A DNA stretch of 64,000 nucleotides, from contig NW_027266264.1 of NCBI RefSeq assembly GCF_022045235.1, positions 69,998,001-70,062,000 of the forward strand, written 5' to 3'. The DNA comes from Haliotis cracherodii. Lineage: Eukaryota. The position numbers and the translations under genes were made by a program. Below are positions 34,135 through 48,605 of this stretch, piece after piece (the stretch's first letter is position 1; each line of letters opens with the position of its first letter). The notes beneath the pieces were generated by a model that made no database searches, was not told the origin of the DNA, and was given only the letters and a program-made list of their open reading frames with translations.

Positions 34135-34820
34135 GTATCGGGTATGGCCATCATTAGCAGTGACACAAGCGTGACAACGGCGCCTCATTGACGCCACAGG
34201 GTAGTTGTGGAAAGCTTGAAGGATGTCATCCAAGATCTGGACCAAGTCCTGTCGAAACTGGACTGACGTCACCGGTTGCAGAACGTTGACCAACTCACGC
34301 GTCAGTGTAACATTCCATCCGACGACGATAAACAACCTGACGACAATCATTGCTGTGAAGATGAAATCAGGATGTATCTATAACGAGGACAAACCCCCAG
34401 TCGTGTATACTGAATGCAGATGTGGTCTTGACCATGCCAGGCGTACATACAGTTCGATGACGTGGCATCCAAATTAGACGCACAGCTGGACGTCGTGGTC
34501 GGATGTTATCCTCTCGTAAACGATTTCTTACAGTCCCTGCACTAATCGGTCGTCAGCCAGGGATGTTGCCGGCTGTCAAAGTTGAAGCCTGAAACCGATT
34601 TCGTAGGTGAACCAGACGGATATGATTATCTTGCCGCCGTGACGCTACTCGTGGACTTCCAGACCCAGAACGTGGTCGGTCCCTGGAATTGTCGACCACA
34701 GAGTGACTATATGGTGTTAGGATGAATACCGAACGCCTAACAACGTTTTCCGCATTCCCGTTTTAAGCATGCCAATTGTCCGCACCCGCTCAATTTCGGA
34801 TAGGCGCAACGTAACATTTC
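34135..34820 (-). mobile_element. Tc1 transposase relic with internal deletion
   Basis: Translates to RPRSG..PRV.SRRQDNHIRLVHLRNRF...TVRNRLRE..IRPRRP, then jumps to SMRRRCHACVTANDGHTRY; DDE core missing. Confidence 0.85.
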
Positions 34821-34983
34821 CGAGGTCTGGCCGTCAAAAATTTGCTTTTCACACCTAAAAGACAAGTTACTCTGTGTATGAATTGACTAGATCCAACGTG
34901 TACAGTGAATGTGTTGGTCATGGAATTGTAGGCATGCAATGATATGGATGTGCGTGCAATTTCAGTGTTATTGTAGGTGATAA

Positions 34984-35233
34984 TGTTTGTTTGTTTGTTG
35001 TTTGTTTGTTTGATTTTTAACGCCGCACTCAGCAATATTCCAGCTATATGACGGCGGTCTGTAAATATTTGATTCTGGACCAGACAATCCAGTGATTGAC
35101 ATCATGAGCATCGATCCAAGTCAGCGTGCCTGACCATCCAATCCCGTTAGTCGCCTTTTACGACAAGCGTAGTCGCCTTTTACTGAAAGCATGGGTTGCT
35201 GAAGACCTATTCTACCCCGGATATCTTCACGGG
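34984..35233 (-). mobile_element. Family D copy with internal deletion
   Basis: Reverse complement of family D. Confidence 0.88.
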
Positions 35234-37336
35234 CTGTTAAGACATGTGATTATCATGCATGATTCTGAAAAATCCATGGTATTTTCTTCTATTTTAATGG
35301 TTTATTTTATCATGCACTGGAATGTTTTTTTTCACTTGTGTATATAAAACATTTGTAAACCATTCAGTGACCTTTTTTTCCACAAAATTAAACAATGGAC
35401 TGTATTTTTTTCCAACAAACGCAAATTGTTTCCCGAATTTATTTCCAGTCATTTTGTGAGTATTTTAAGTACTTATTAACCCCCTTTTACGTAACGCTAG
35501 TGTAGTGCATACCCGACGTCGACACCGATAAGAAGGCATAATCCAAATATGGACTTTGTTTAACATTCATTTTCACCAGTGCACTTTACATCTTCAAAGA
35601 AAGGAGTTTTGATTTGCGTGTTTTTAGATATACAACAGCGTGATAAATAAGACTTCAGTAACTTTTTTCTTGAATATATAATTGTCATTTTCGCGACCTT
35701 ATACGTTTGACCTTTATTTCAACCCAGCTTTAAACAACAAACACAACCATGTCTACATACAGCACTGTGTTTGTGTCGTATATGATTCGTCCAATAACTG
35801 CCTGGCGAAAGACTGTATTTGATAATAACTGTGTCACTACTGAAAAAAAAACCACTGGATGAGATAAACATGGTATTCGCTAAGGCAGCAAGACTGCCGT
35901 GTATTTATGTTGTCGGTATCATTCATGGAGTGATGTTGTATGGCACCGTTGTGGAAGAAGCAGTCAGCAGACAGTAAACGACCACAACCATCTTGACCAC
36001 AAACAACACAGCCTACCTATGATTACCCCCTTGATGATCCCGGGATAGAATCGGTCTTCAGCAACTCATGGTTGTCGTTAAAGTAACAAACGGGACGGCT
36101 GACTTGGTTCATGCATGTCATTCTATTCTAGTTGTGTAGATCGATAGTCGTCCGTTATCCACCTGTAACCATGGTATCATGGGCCTATGGCCTACAATAC
36201 ATCTAAATAAAGTGTGTAAGCACTTCAAAAACCCCAAATAACCCCAAAACCAAGATCGATGCTCATGGTGTCAATCACTGGATTGTCTGGCGCAGAATCG
36301 ATTATGTACAGACCGACGTCGTAGAGCTGGATTTTTTCTGAGCGTGGCGTTAAACGAAAAAACCCGACAACCCATAGTTGGAGAGGACATTGCCCTATCT
36401 GACTGGAATTTTGTGGTGTCAACCCAGTTTGGTTTTACTAGAAGGTAATGATTCAACTGTATGATCCAAACTAATCTTTTTTATTGGTATGGGCAATTGT
36501 TTGTTTGTTTGGTGGGTTGGTGCTAGATGTGTAGGGCGACCATATAAAAGGTCTCTTTGCACCTAAAACACATCAACTCTTTTACACAAGAACAACGAGA
36601 TTCACGTAGACATGATGCTTAACCAACCTGCGTCTCGAATCAGTTAATAATGTATAACCGCAAGTAAACATGATATCATTTCTGGACACTACTCCTTCCA
36701 TATAATAAAGATTCGACAAAACATGAAACTGTTAAGATGGTTTACAAGTCAGTTGCATACAGGAGAGACCTCTTTATCAATAATTCTGTGATGAGCGTTT
36801 TAACAGCATTGTCCAAGATGATTTTTTTTATTATAACTTTCTCGCCTTTTGCTATTTTGTGGTTGAAGAATTTGTTAAAATAAATTCAATATCTTTTGTT
36901 CTGGGATCGGAATCGGATGGAGTTAATGGAATATTTCGTGATACAGATTTTGCAAGTTGATCTGGCATTTCATTTTCATATGGTGCAGCACTTCGTGAGT
37001 TGTCTCCCTTTACCCAGATCTGGATGAAACGACATTCATGACAGCTGATCAGATTAAGTGACTGTACTTGTACAAGTACGTTCTTACACGCAAAGATCGT
37101 ATTATCATTCCAGATGGTACTATACTCTTAAGGATATGCATATAATTGAGTTTGGACATGTGTTATGCTTGTATAATATCAGTATTATCAAAGGCAGTTT
37201 GAGGTATGGCGCCTAGAAAAGAACTATGAGTGTTAAATGTTGTATCAGATGGTACGCCCAGGACGTGTTATACTTTGTATTAGATGGTACGCCCAGGACG
37301 TGTTATACTTTTTATCACATATAACCTCTAATGACG

Positions 37337-37689
37337 GACCGCCTCCGTGGTCTAGTGGTAGAGCGTCCGCCCGGAGAGCGGAAGGTCCGGGGTTCGATCC
37401 CCGACCGCGTCATACCAAAAGACGTTAAAAGATGGTCCTTGTTGTTATCCTGTCTGGCGCTCGGCATAAAGGGGCTAAAACAAGGACAGGTCGGCTTGGA
37501 GGCAGTATACTGTGTCTGAGTGGGGTATTCATATTAAACTGTGGCATGGCATCTCAGTGAGCTAGCACTATAAATCGGCATCAGTCCGGACTAGTACCAG
37601 CAGCCACACAAACACACACACGTACATGCACGTCGCTATATAAGTGCAATAATCTTGGACGCGACCTTAAACCCCATTTCCCCTCACCT
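37337..37689 (+). mobile_element. SINE family C copy
   Basis: Highly similar to 14637-15004. Confidence 0.9.
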
Positions 37690-38025
37690 ATATTTTTTAT
37701 CAGATGTAACGCCCAGTTACATGTTCTACTTTGTATCAGATGTAAAGCTGTATGACGTACACTGTAAAATGTGTTTAGAATGTAAACTCATAGGCATGAT
37801 TAGATCTAAGCATGTTTCAGGATGTGTTTAAATCACACCACCTCATCAAATCATCCCCATAAGCTAAACATGATCAGCATTTAACATGTTTAGTGTTTAA
37901 ACAGGTTTATATAAAGTGGATGCCATTTTATGTAAAAAATGGATTATGTTGAATAAAACATATTGAATTTGGATGTGCAAATCAGATTCACGGGCACTGG
38001 CATAACGCAATTACCACCAGGCCTA

Positions 38026-39386
38026 CTCTGCAAAAGAAAAGAAACGCAAAAGTGATTTTAGATGTATATTTTATACATCATATAAATATTCAACAGATGG
38101 TAATCGATTGTTCAAAATTGGCATACGCCATTGTCATTGACCCAGGTTCCATATGGCACACACGGAACATTAGATTCTCAGGTGAAGGTATTATTTTCTC
38201 AAAATATTGTATGGCTACCGTTAGAGTCGAAAAAATGACTGTTATCGTCGTCCCATGGAAGGAATAAGATCTAAAACTGTGACCTTGGGAATTTTCACCC
38301 ACTTCCCCTGCACTGCTTGTGCCAACTGTGGGATGTTCAGACGTCCTCGCAGACGTTGATTCAACGCATCCCATAAATGTACGATTGGATTCAAATCTGG
38401 AGACCTGGAGGGCATGTCCTGGATGTTGAGATTCCTGAAAAGGGCAGGTGTCAGTCTTTCTGTGTGAGGTCGGGCGTTGTCTTGTTGGAAAATGACGTTC
38501 GCTTGTTGCATTATGGGAAGGGCGTGTGGCAGGGGAATCTCATCGTGTAACGTTGTGCCCTTAAACGTCCCCAGAACTTGCACCAAGTCTCTTCGACCAA
38601 AGTAGGAGATAGCCGCCCACATCATTACACCACCACCACCAAATCTGTCCACTTCCTGTATGTAGTTTTGTGCATAACATTCCCCACGACGCCTGTAAAC
38701 ACGACGTCTACTATTCGCACTGGGAATTATAAAACGCAACTCGTCACTAAATCAGACTTGTCTCCATCGCAGTTGTGGTCATACTCTGTGACCCTGACAC
38801 CATTGAAGTCGCCGTAGTTGTAGAGGTGGCTGTGGTGGTGTTTTCACTTCAGTGACGTTGCCGTATAAATCGGTCCAGTACTTTAGTAATGATACGTGGT
38901 TGACTGGATCTGGGAAGGTCACGTATTGCCCCGTGTGTCCGATAACGGTTCCACAGTCTTGTAACGGTGCTTGGTGCTACATGGAAATACCTGGCTACAG
39001 CTGAAGATGATTTTCCTGTTTGCAGCCGGACGATGGCGTTGTTACGTTGGCCTTCCGTCAGTCGTGGCATGTTTTCGCTGTTCACTTGCTGTAAGATTGC
39101 AATGGCATGCAAATGAAAACCCATCGTTTTTATAGCCCAACAAGTGAAATATCACGTGCATGTCATGTTTGTGTGTTTCGGCGCCAGGCTCTCACGTGGT
39201 TGTATTCCTGCCATTTTTCCACCTTTTCGCCAAATTTTTTCAGTACCTCATTCTTTCCACAAACAACAATCTCAATCCATGCAGAATCATCCAATTCATT
39301 TTTGGTATTAAGCTGGTATGGATGTTGACAACACGGTAAGACATTTACAATTTTACTACTTTTGCGTTTCTTATATTTTTGCAGAG
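38026..39386 (-). mobile_element. Tc1-family DNA transposon with both ends, defective transposase
   Basis: TIRs CTCTGCAAAA..AAGAAACGCAAAAGT at both ends, flanked by TA; MPRLTEGQRNNAIVRLQTG start at 39070, GGGGVMMWAAIS, FQQDNARPH, SPDLNPIVHLW (catalytic E replaced by V); frameshifts. Confidence 0.95.
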
Positions 39387-39578
39387 TATATAAATGTACA
39401 AATAAAGCACGCTTAGTCAATGACGACTAGGTTAATTGACATTCGTGACGACAAAAGTCTCCGTAGCACAGGTGGTGGAATGAAGGACAACAAATAAAGA
39501 GATTGCAGGTTCGAATCCTGCCGAGTTTTCAGTAGTGATCTGTTCCCATTAAAGGCTGAGAAAAAAACAGTAGAAAAG

Positions 39579-39825
39579 ACCTGTGAATATCCGGGTAGAG
39601 AATAGGTCTTCAGCAACCCATGCTTGTCGTAAGAGGCGTCTAACGGGATCGGGTGTTCAGGCTGGTTAATTTGGTTGATGCATGTCATCGTATCCCAATT
39701 GCGTGGATCGATGCCCATGATGTCCGTCACTGAGATATCAGGTCCAGACTCGATTATTTAAAGATCTCCGTCATAGAGGTGTAATATTGCTGAGTGCGCC
39801 GTTAAACAACAACAACAACAACAAT
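39579..39825 (+). mobile_element. Family D copy with a single GTCGTAAGAGGCG unit
   Basis: Family D sequence, (AAC)n tail. Confidence 0.88.
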
Positions 39826-39953
39826 CAAAACCACAATGAATTTCAAGGAGAATATAAAGGTCTTTCCCTCAATTAGAACCTAAACACGTTTAGTTGTCTA
39901 ACATAGTTCTACACATGTTCAGATATAAACACATACATGTTGATGCAACACAA

Positions 39954-40272
39954 GTCACATCGTCCTGATTAGAACGTCACATCGTCCTGGTTAGAACGTC
40001 ACATCGTGCTGGTTAGAACGTCACATCGTGTTGATTAGAACGTCCCATCGTGCTGGTTAGAACGTCACATCGAGCTGTTTAGAACGTCACATCGAGCTGT
40101 TTAGAACGTCACATCGTGCTGGTTAGAACGTCACATCGAGCTGTTTAGAACGTCACATCCTGCCGGTTAGAACGTCCCATCGTGCTGGTTGGAAGGCCAC
40201 ATCGTGCTGGTTAGAACGTCCCATCGTGCTGCTTAGAACGTCACATCGTGCTGGTTAGAACGTCACATCGTG
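39954..40272. repeat. 22-bp minisatellite (TTAGAACGTCACATCGTGCTGG)
   Basis: About 14 units. Confidence 0.97.
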
Positions 40273-41035
40273 CATAGTTCGATCAAAGATTACATAATGG
40301 GACTGAGACACAGAGGTAGTAGGTTCAGACTGTGTTATAGTTAACTCACACAGCCGATCTATAGCAGCTATGGCAGTGTTGTGACAAGTATGGCGGCGGA
40401 TACCGTATCCCACTGCGACCTCCGGAATGAATTTCGCCTTACGTGGCAACTATACTTTTGTTTTATCAATATTTCAGCCTTTGCCTTCCCAGGGGACAAT
40501 TCCTTTTGAAATATTCCTTCAAGAGGTGATTTCCCCATCCGCTGTTTCCCCATGGTGCCTACCGTGTGCCAGTGGCATTTCCGACCACGTGTTATTGCCT
40601 TTGAACTTCACCCCATCACAGATGACTCAGTGATATACCTGCTAATTTGACCCCATAACTCGCGACGAAAATGTCATCCCTTCCTAGTGTTGACTACGAT
40701 AATCGTAGAATCTTACTTCAGGCAAAATCTGCTCTCTACCTGGTGTCATTATTATCCTTGAACAGTGATTAGTCGCTGGAAGGTCTTCAATAAATATCTC
40801 TCTGATTTATGAGATGTATGGCAGTGTCCCATGAACCTATATAGATCAAGCTTTGTTGGGTACGCCACCTTGTTTCATGTGTAAGTCAGTATACGGTCCA
40901 GTGCTTTCCTTAAGGTGTACGGTTGTGTCAGATAGTGCCATGTATAAGGTGTAAGGCAGTTTAGGTTTGAGTGCTTTTCATTAGATGTAAGGCAGTGTGA
41001 GATAAACTACTTTGTGTGAGGTGTGAGGGAGTATG

Positions 41036-42290
41036 ACTAGGAAGACGATGGGCAGGAACCCTTAGTCTTTAGTCTAATACTACGGAGGCGACGCACAGGA
41101 ACCCGTAGAGTCTTCAGTCTAATACTAGGGAGACGATGTGCAGGAACCCGTAGAGACTTCAGTCTAATACGAGGGAGACGATACACAGGAACCCACTGAG
41201 TCTTCAGTCTAATACGAGGGAGACGATGCACAGGAACCCACTGAGTCTTCAGTCTAATACCAGGGAGACGATGCACAGGAACCCACTGAGTCTTCAGTCT
41301 AATACTAGGGAGACAATGCACAGGAACTCACTAAGTCTTCAGTCTAATACCAGGGAGACGATGCACAGGAACCCACTGAGTCTTCAGTCTAATACGAGGG
41401 AGACGACGCGAAGGAACACGTAGAGTCTTCAGTCTAATAGTAGGGAGACAATGCACAGGAACCCACTGAGTCTTCAGTCTAATACCAGGGAGACGACGCA
41501 CAGGAACCCGTGGAGTACTTCAGTCTAATACTAGGGAGACGATGCACAGGAACTCACTAAGTCTTCAGTCTAATACCAGGGAGACGATGCACAGGAACCC
41601 ACTGAGTCTTCAGTCTAATACGAGGGAGACGACGCGAAGGAACACGTAGAGTCTTCAGTCTAATAGTAGGGAGACAATGCACAGGAACCCACTGAGTCTT
41701 CAGTCTAATACGAAGGAGACGATGCACAGGAACCCGTGGAGTCTTCAGTCTAATACCAGGGAGACGATGCACAGGAACCCACTGAGTCTTCAGTCTAATA
41801 CGAGGGAGACGATGCACAGGAACACGCAGAGTCTTCAGTCTAATACGAGGGAGACAATGCACAGGAACCCGTGGAGTCTTCAGTCTAATACCAGGGAGAC
41901 GATGCACAGGAACCCACTGAGTCTTCAGTCTAATGCTGGGGAGACAATGCACAGGAACACGTAGAGTCTTCAGTCTAATACTAGGGAGACAATGCACAGG
42001 AACCCACTGAGTCTTCAGTCTAATACGAAGGAGACGATGCACAGGAACCCGTGGAGTCTTCAGTCTAATACTAGGGAGACGATGCACAGGCACCCGTGGA
42101 GTCTTCAATCTTATACTCGGGAGACGACGCGAAGGAACACGTAGAGTCTTCAGTCTAATACTAGGGAGACGATACACAGGAACCCGTGGAGTCTTCAATC
42201 TTATACGAGGGAGACGACGCGAAGGAACACGTAGAGTCTTTAGTCTTATACTGGGGAGACGATGTGCAGCAATCTGTAGAGCCTTCAGCT
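41036..42290. repeat. 45-bp minisatellite (CTTCAGTCTAATACGAGGGAGACGATGCACAGGAACCCACTGAGT)
   Basis: About 27 units. Confidence 0.97.
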
Positions 42291-44228
42291 CAATTCACGT
42301 GTCATCTGAATCTGATAGTCACAGGGGTCTTTGCTCGGAACACTTGGCAAATCAACTATATTGCAACGCGTCATTCATTTATAAGCGTTAAATAATGTCT
42401 GATAATTTAATATAATTTTAATATATAATTTTAACATAATTTACACATTGACAGTGTCTCAACTTAACATACATACTATTTACGAGGTCTATACCTTGCT
42501 ATGAAAATAGCTACCAGAATACAGTACATCTTTAACAATAGTCTTAGAATGGGCGCTGTTTACATGCCTGTGCCATTGTCGGAAGGTTCAAGACTCCGAA
42601 TCGAGGAAAGGCATGCCCTTCAGTCTCCGTCACGATGTGCACGATGGTTTCATCCGAACACGTACGTGACAACAACCGGATATACTCCATGTTGGATTCG
42701 TGGATTGGACTTGCATCCGCGGATTAAACGGAATAAATCGGTCGCGTGACCCAAACTGCCACCTGTGAAATGTGATCTTCCTAACTTCGTGTTGACGTGT
42801 TAACCTGGAGGACTGCGAGTGATTGTTCATGTCGGAATGGTGAAGTAGTCATATATGTATGTGACAACATTCGATCGAAGCCTGTATCTAAATAGTATCA
42901 AGAAAATGATACATACGTTCTCAATCGATGAGAGTAAGCGACATTTTTAGACAAGATCGACAAATGCCTCCCCGCGTCTCATGTCTCTCAGGGGAACCAT
43001 TGCCCGACTATTGTGTGTAGAAATAGTGTATTATGCAGGGTGCAGTAATTTGATAAAGTCCTCCTATCTCCAGAATGCCACAGCGGATCAATACGTGCTG
43101 AACAAGAGTTGAAAGTTGATACAAGAAAACTGGTAATGTATGTGAAGGCTCGGACAAAGTCGGTCTGAGGAGGAGCACATGGCCATTTTGTTTCAATGCA
43201 TGTCTATTACATGTCGAATTGGAACCATTTACAATTTCATCTTGTCCAAGTTTGAAACAGATCTCCTGTGATGAATTGCCATTGACACGTTGTACAAGGC
43301 AGCCTGTGCGCTGGAACTGCTATCATAGAATAAAGTCAGCAGACTTAATGAATAAATTTCCATTTACTGATATGAGATGGCTGGTGCAATTTAATAACGT
43401 AAATTGAAATTGTACAGAATTTCATTTGATCCTTATCCTCTTGGCGGTGAGTTGTATGGATGTGTGTGGCGCGAGAACCGATGGCAGTTTGGCAGGGATA
43501 TCTATATTAACTTGCTTCATACTATGCATACAGCATCTGAACCTCATCAGGTCATACTTGTCACATATATACACTTTCATCTCATCTTCTTACAACTCTC
43601 TTGACCCCTCATTCATTATTGTACCCTCTTAACTATTCGTCAGCAAACCTCAACCAGCTCCTCAGGCCATCCATATTTTATGTGTTTCCTATCTCTAACC
43701 CCAACCAGCAAGAGAAATATGTGTAACATAGTGCATGAAATTTTAAAGTTTAGAACATTTCGTACCAGTCTTTAAAATAATTTTTGCCGTAGATTGAGTC
43801 GCTTTGCTTTGGGAAAGGCCGTGGGTTTTTATGACTGTGCATTGGTGGGAATATCTTTTTTTTATCACATCGGGGCATACATTCCACAGTGGCAAGGAAC
43901 ATTGAGATAAGAAAACTATTTATTATTTCACGTCGGAATGAAAATTCAGTCCGGAGATGGGAACACAGAAAAAAATACAGATAAGCTTATCTTCGTCTTT
44001 TATCCACTTTCTTCAGCACACTCGTCGGTTATCCGAATCCTCCGTGAACTCGCCTGCCGCACATTCGTTCAACACGTCATTCCAAATTGAATATAACTCC
44101 TAAAATCGTAGGGAATTGATGTAATCGGGCCCCGGGAATAACCATTCTGTACACACCAATCGCCAAATATTTGATTATAAAACAATTACCGAGTGCGATA
44201 TACATGACCACACACATGAGCAGGACAG

Positions 44229-44612
44229 TGAGTGAGCTGGGACGTCACTTGGAACAGAGTTCCAGTTTATCCTCGGCGTGTCAGAGTAATGTGGGAGGAC
44301 AGCCCGAAGAGATGCAGGTCTCAGACGTTTACCACTTCGGTGAAACCCACGAGCACGGGTATGGTGCTGACAAACCTAGAAACATAATCGGGGCCAACCG
44401 GAATTCGAACCCACAATCATAGGTTTCTGGCGTGCCCAACGAAGGCAACTCTGCATTAGGAATTGCGGCGCCTTTGACGACTGGGCCACCTTGGCGGAAC
44501 TCAAATTGACAAATCAAAAATCATAATGAGGGCGAAACTGGAATTCGAACCAACAATCACAGGGTCCTGGCACACCTAAGGGACGCAATTGGTCGGCTTT
44601 AGACGACTAGGC
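44229..44612 (-). mobile_element. SINE family B copy plus second degenerate head
   Basis: 44229-44491 colinear with family B; about 44521-44612 repeats the head. Confidence 0.8.
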
Positions 44613-44794
44613 CGGACATACCCCTTATGAACTTAACAAGGAAGGACACTGAGCTGTATAAACGTAGCATATAGCTGCCTATCTAGTATTGCTATGAGAC
44701 GGAGCTCCCCTCCATCCAACCATTGTATGAACAATACACAATTTACTACACTGTCATCCCACTTGCCAAACACTGGTGCTTAGACTCCCTATAC

Positions 44795-45375
44795 CGTGTA
44801 CCGAATACATCACTGCATGATACATCTCCCCGCCTGCATCCCCCGTGTACCAAAGACATCACTGCATGATACATCTCCCCGCCTGCATCCCCCGTGTACC
44901 GAATACATCACTGCATGATACATCTCCCCGCCAGCATCCCCCGTGTACCGAATACATCACTGCATGATACATCTATCCGCCGTGTACCGAATACATCACT
45001 GCATGATACATCTCCCCGCCTGCATCCCCCGTGTACCGAATACATCACTGCATGATACATCTCCCCGCCTGCATCCCCCGTGTACCGAATACATCACTGC
45101 ATGATACATCTCCCCGCCTGCATCCCCCGTGTACCGAATACATCACTGCATGATACATATCCCCGCCTGCATCCCCCGTGTACCGAATACATCACTGCAT
45201 GATACATCTCCCCGCCTGCATCCCCCGTGTACCGAATACATCACTGCATGATACATCTCTCCGCCTGCATCCCCCGTGTACCGAATACATCACTGCATGA
45301 TACATCTCCCCGCCTACATCCCCCGTGTACCGAATACATCACTGCATGATACATCTCCCCGCCTGCATCTCCCGT
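44795..45375. repeat. 49-bp minisatellite (CCGTGTACCGAATACATCACTGCATGATACATCTCCCCGCCTGCATCCC)
   Basis: About 12 units. Confidence 0.97.
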
Positions 45376-45602
45376 GAGGATAACACATTCTGTCATCACT
45401 CATCATTCTGTCATTCTACATCACTTGAGGATAACACATTCTGTCTCATCTACACCATGTCACCCAATGTTTGTCAGAGACAGTCGGTCAATCCTGCGTA
45501 TGGTCGCCGGCGTTTCGGCCTTGGTCGTGATAGGTATGTATTCTTGATCTAGTTTAATAATATCTTGTGTTCTTTGTTAAATATACGTAATGATGAACAT
45601 AC

Positions 45603-46260
45603 ATCATGCTTGGACTTGTCTGGACCTCTTGCCATGGATCTTGTCTGACAGTCCCTCGAGCCTGAAGCCTGTCTCGACTCCTTTTTGACATGGATCTTGT
45701 CTAGATGTCCTCCAGCCTGGGGTCTGTCTCGACTCCTTTTTGACATGGATCTTGTCTAGATGTCCTCCAGCCTGGGGTCTGTCTCGACTCCTTTTTGACA
45801 TGGATCTTGTCTAGATGTCCCCCAGCCCGGGGTCTGTCTGGGCTCCCTTGGACATGGATCTTGTCTAGATGTCCTCCAGCCTGGAGTCTGTCTGGGCTCC
45901 CTAGGACATGGATCTTGTCTAGATGTCCTCCAGCCTGGGGTCTGTCTCGACTCCTTTTTGATATGGATCTTGTCTAGATGTCCTCCAGCCTGGAGTCTGT
46001 CTGGGCTCCCTTGGACATGGACCTTGTCTAGATGTCCTCCAGCCTGGGGTCTGTCTGGGCTCCCTAGGACATGGATCTTGTCCAGATGTCCTCCAGCCTG
46101 GGGCCTGTCTTGACTCCCTTAACATGAATCTTGTCTGTACTTCCTCGAGCTTGTAGTCTGTCTGCCTGGACTCTCATGGCACAGATCTTGTCTTGACTCC
46201 CTCGAGCATGAAGCCTGTCTTTACTCCCTTTAACTTGGATCCTGTCTGGACTTCCTTGAG
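45603..46260. repeat. 54-55-bp minisatellite (CATGGATCTTGTCTAGATGTCCTCCAGCCTGG...)
   Basis: About 11 units, degenerate edges. Confidence 0.95.
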
Positions 46261-47279
46261 CATGCAGCTTCTTATCTTACTCATCGCCAACATACCTATG
46301 ACCGTAGGATCAATATTTTCTCAGACTGAATCAAAGGATTTCGTCGCAAGCAAATTTGACATATGTCAGGGTATGAAAAGGAGACACGAGAATTTATCCA
46401 TCAATCGTAATCCTTTCCTAGACAGTTGGCAGGTCTTGAGTAACAGTCAGCGTTCTGGAGGCAGAGATAACAACTTACAATAATAACACGACATACACTG
46501 ATCTGCGCGGATGTCAAAGAAAACCAGTCATCTCTGTTGGGAAATCGCGCGGACGTGAAAGGCGACACCCCTTCTCCTCCAATCAGATCGCTCAGTTTGC
46601 TCTGTTGTCCGTTAAGTAGATCAATAGCCCAGATATAGAAGCCGGAAATGATCCTTATCACAACAACGAGGGCGATAGACCAATTTAAAGGTTACGTAGA
46701 GGGGCTCGCGTTTCTATGTCAGCGGTTTCTCCTCCTATGTAACACATAACAAACAATAGAAATGTCACTTATAACACCCCTTCCTTGCTGCCGTCATCTT
46801 GCGTCTTCAGTTCTGTCAAAGCCTCCTGTGCATACCACACGCAGCATAGATACACTTCATTTGAACTCATCTAAGAGCAAGACATATCCAGCCGGGTGGC
46901 TTTTCTCCCAGCAAGGCTGTGCAAGCCATTGAGAGGTGATCATTTAGTTCGAATGATAGACTTGGTATTCAATAACGTTGTAGCTTCAGTAAGTAGCATT
47001 TGGTTTATGAATTACTGGTAATCAGCGAAATTACCTTTCACACTTACTAAAGTCAAAGTACCAGTAAAAATATACTCTTCAATGAAAAAGGGCATATTCG
47101 AAAAACAGGATGATGATTATAAAATTAGGTATCGAGTGATAGTAATGGATGGATAAGAAAAAAGGACTAGGTGTAGCATTACAATCAACAAAACATGTAT
47201 TGTAAGGTTGAAAACAACGAAGAAAGACGACAGGGGTGTACTAGCAAAAAATGAACGTTTGCGATGACTTGATCAATAA

Positions 47280-47960
47280 TGGGTAATGCTTTCACGATCG
47301 GTCAAACATTCGTTTCTACGGTCCTAATCAATCTTCCATTGGCAATTTGAGGGAGTCTTGTAGCTCATTGTCCAGTTCGGCTAACGAAGCGCATGGCCTT
47401 TGACTACAATGTACACGTCCCTCCATCATGTTCTCGATGTACTCTATAGGGGCAAGGACAGGACTTAGGACAGGTCATTGTATTCTGATGAGGTTTTTGT
47501 GCAGGAGGTAGTCAGTTACATCGGTGCACGGTAGGCACGAGCGCCGTCGTCTTGAAAGACAAAACTTGGACCAGCATGGCGCGCAAACGGCTCAACTATT
47601 GGCGCCAGTAAGTTGTCTCGGTCGTACCGTTCAGTGATCCTGCCATGGACCATATGCAGTGGCGTTCTGGCCGTCATAGTGATCTCACCCCATATCAGTA
47701 CAGACCCTGCCTAAATCTGTGATGGCTTACGTTCACGTTCGAATGACGGGTGTCACGATGCCTCTAGACACGTCCACGCCTATCCAGAAAGTCAAGAGTG
47801 TATATGGACCCATCTGAAAGTTTACCGAGGCCATGTCTTCAGTTTCAACGACCTAAGCACTATTGGCGTCTGGCTAGAAGAAAATGCCGGTGGCACAACA
47901 CCACTCTGCTCTGGTCGCAGAGCATGCAGATGCTTCCTAATTGCCTGGTCAGTAATTAGA
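47280..47960 (-). mobile_element. Degenerate Tc1 transposase fragment
   Basis: FSDGS, SVLIWGEITMTARTPL, FVFQDDGARAYRA, SPVLAPIEY motifs with stops and frameshifts. Confidence 0.85.
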
Positions 47961-48441
47961 ACTCTCTTAAAGCCTGGTTACTGGCTAATCGATCATGGAC
48001 ATGTGTTTTTGACCTTTTGGCCGATCATTGACATTATTTTTCTGCAGAAACCAGTTCCAAAATCTGCAAATAACAGACTGAGATACATTGATCATTATTG
48101 GTACCTCTTGATGAGTTCTAGCAGTTTGAAGCATGCCAATAGTCCTTAGGCGTTCATCGCGTCATAGGTGACGCATTCCCATTCTGATCACACATACTTC
48201 AGAAATCCAAGAGTAGAGAGCTTACGAGGATAGTGAAAACTAACAATACTAATGACTCAGGACGACTTGACGACCTTTCAATAACCTAGTGTCAAAATCA
48301 AGAAAAAACACCTACCCAAATGCACGGAGGAATTGCTTAATCCACGTGCAATGTTTTGTGCAACAGTAGGTTTACGTTCTACGTCTGGCAGTCATTTTTC
48401 AAAGCTGACCCTTCTTCTGTTGACTTCTTCTTTTTGTTTGA

Positions 48442-48605
48442 GGGGCGGGCGGATAGCCTAGTGGTTAAAGCGTTCGCTCGTCACGCCGAAGACCCGGTTT
48501 CGATTCCCGACATGGGTACAATGTGTGAAGCCTATTTCAGGCGTCCGCCGCCGTGATATTGCTGGAATATTGCTAAAAGCGGCGTAAAACCATACACACT
48601 CACTC
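48442..48605 (+). mobile_element. SINE family A copy
   Basis: Family A sequence, TSD TTTGTTTGA. Confidence 0.9.

Noticed and set aside
41036-42290. CRISPR-like appearance of regular repeats (also other arrays)
   Set aside because: Units are contiguous with no unique spacers; eukaryotic context; no cas genes
46500-46700. Promoter-like patch (CCAATCAG, GCCGGAAAT, CpG-rich)
   Set aside because: No associated exon or gene found; short motifs alone are insufficient
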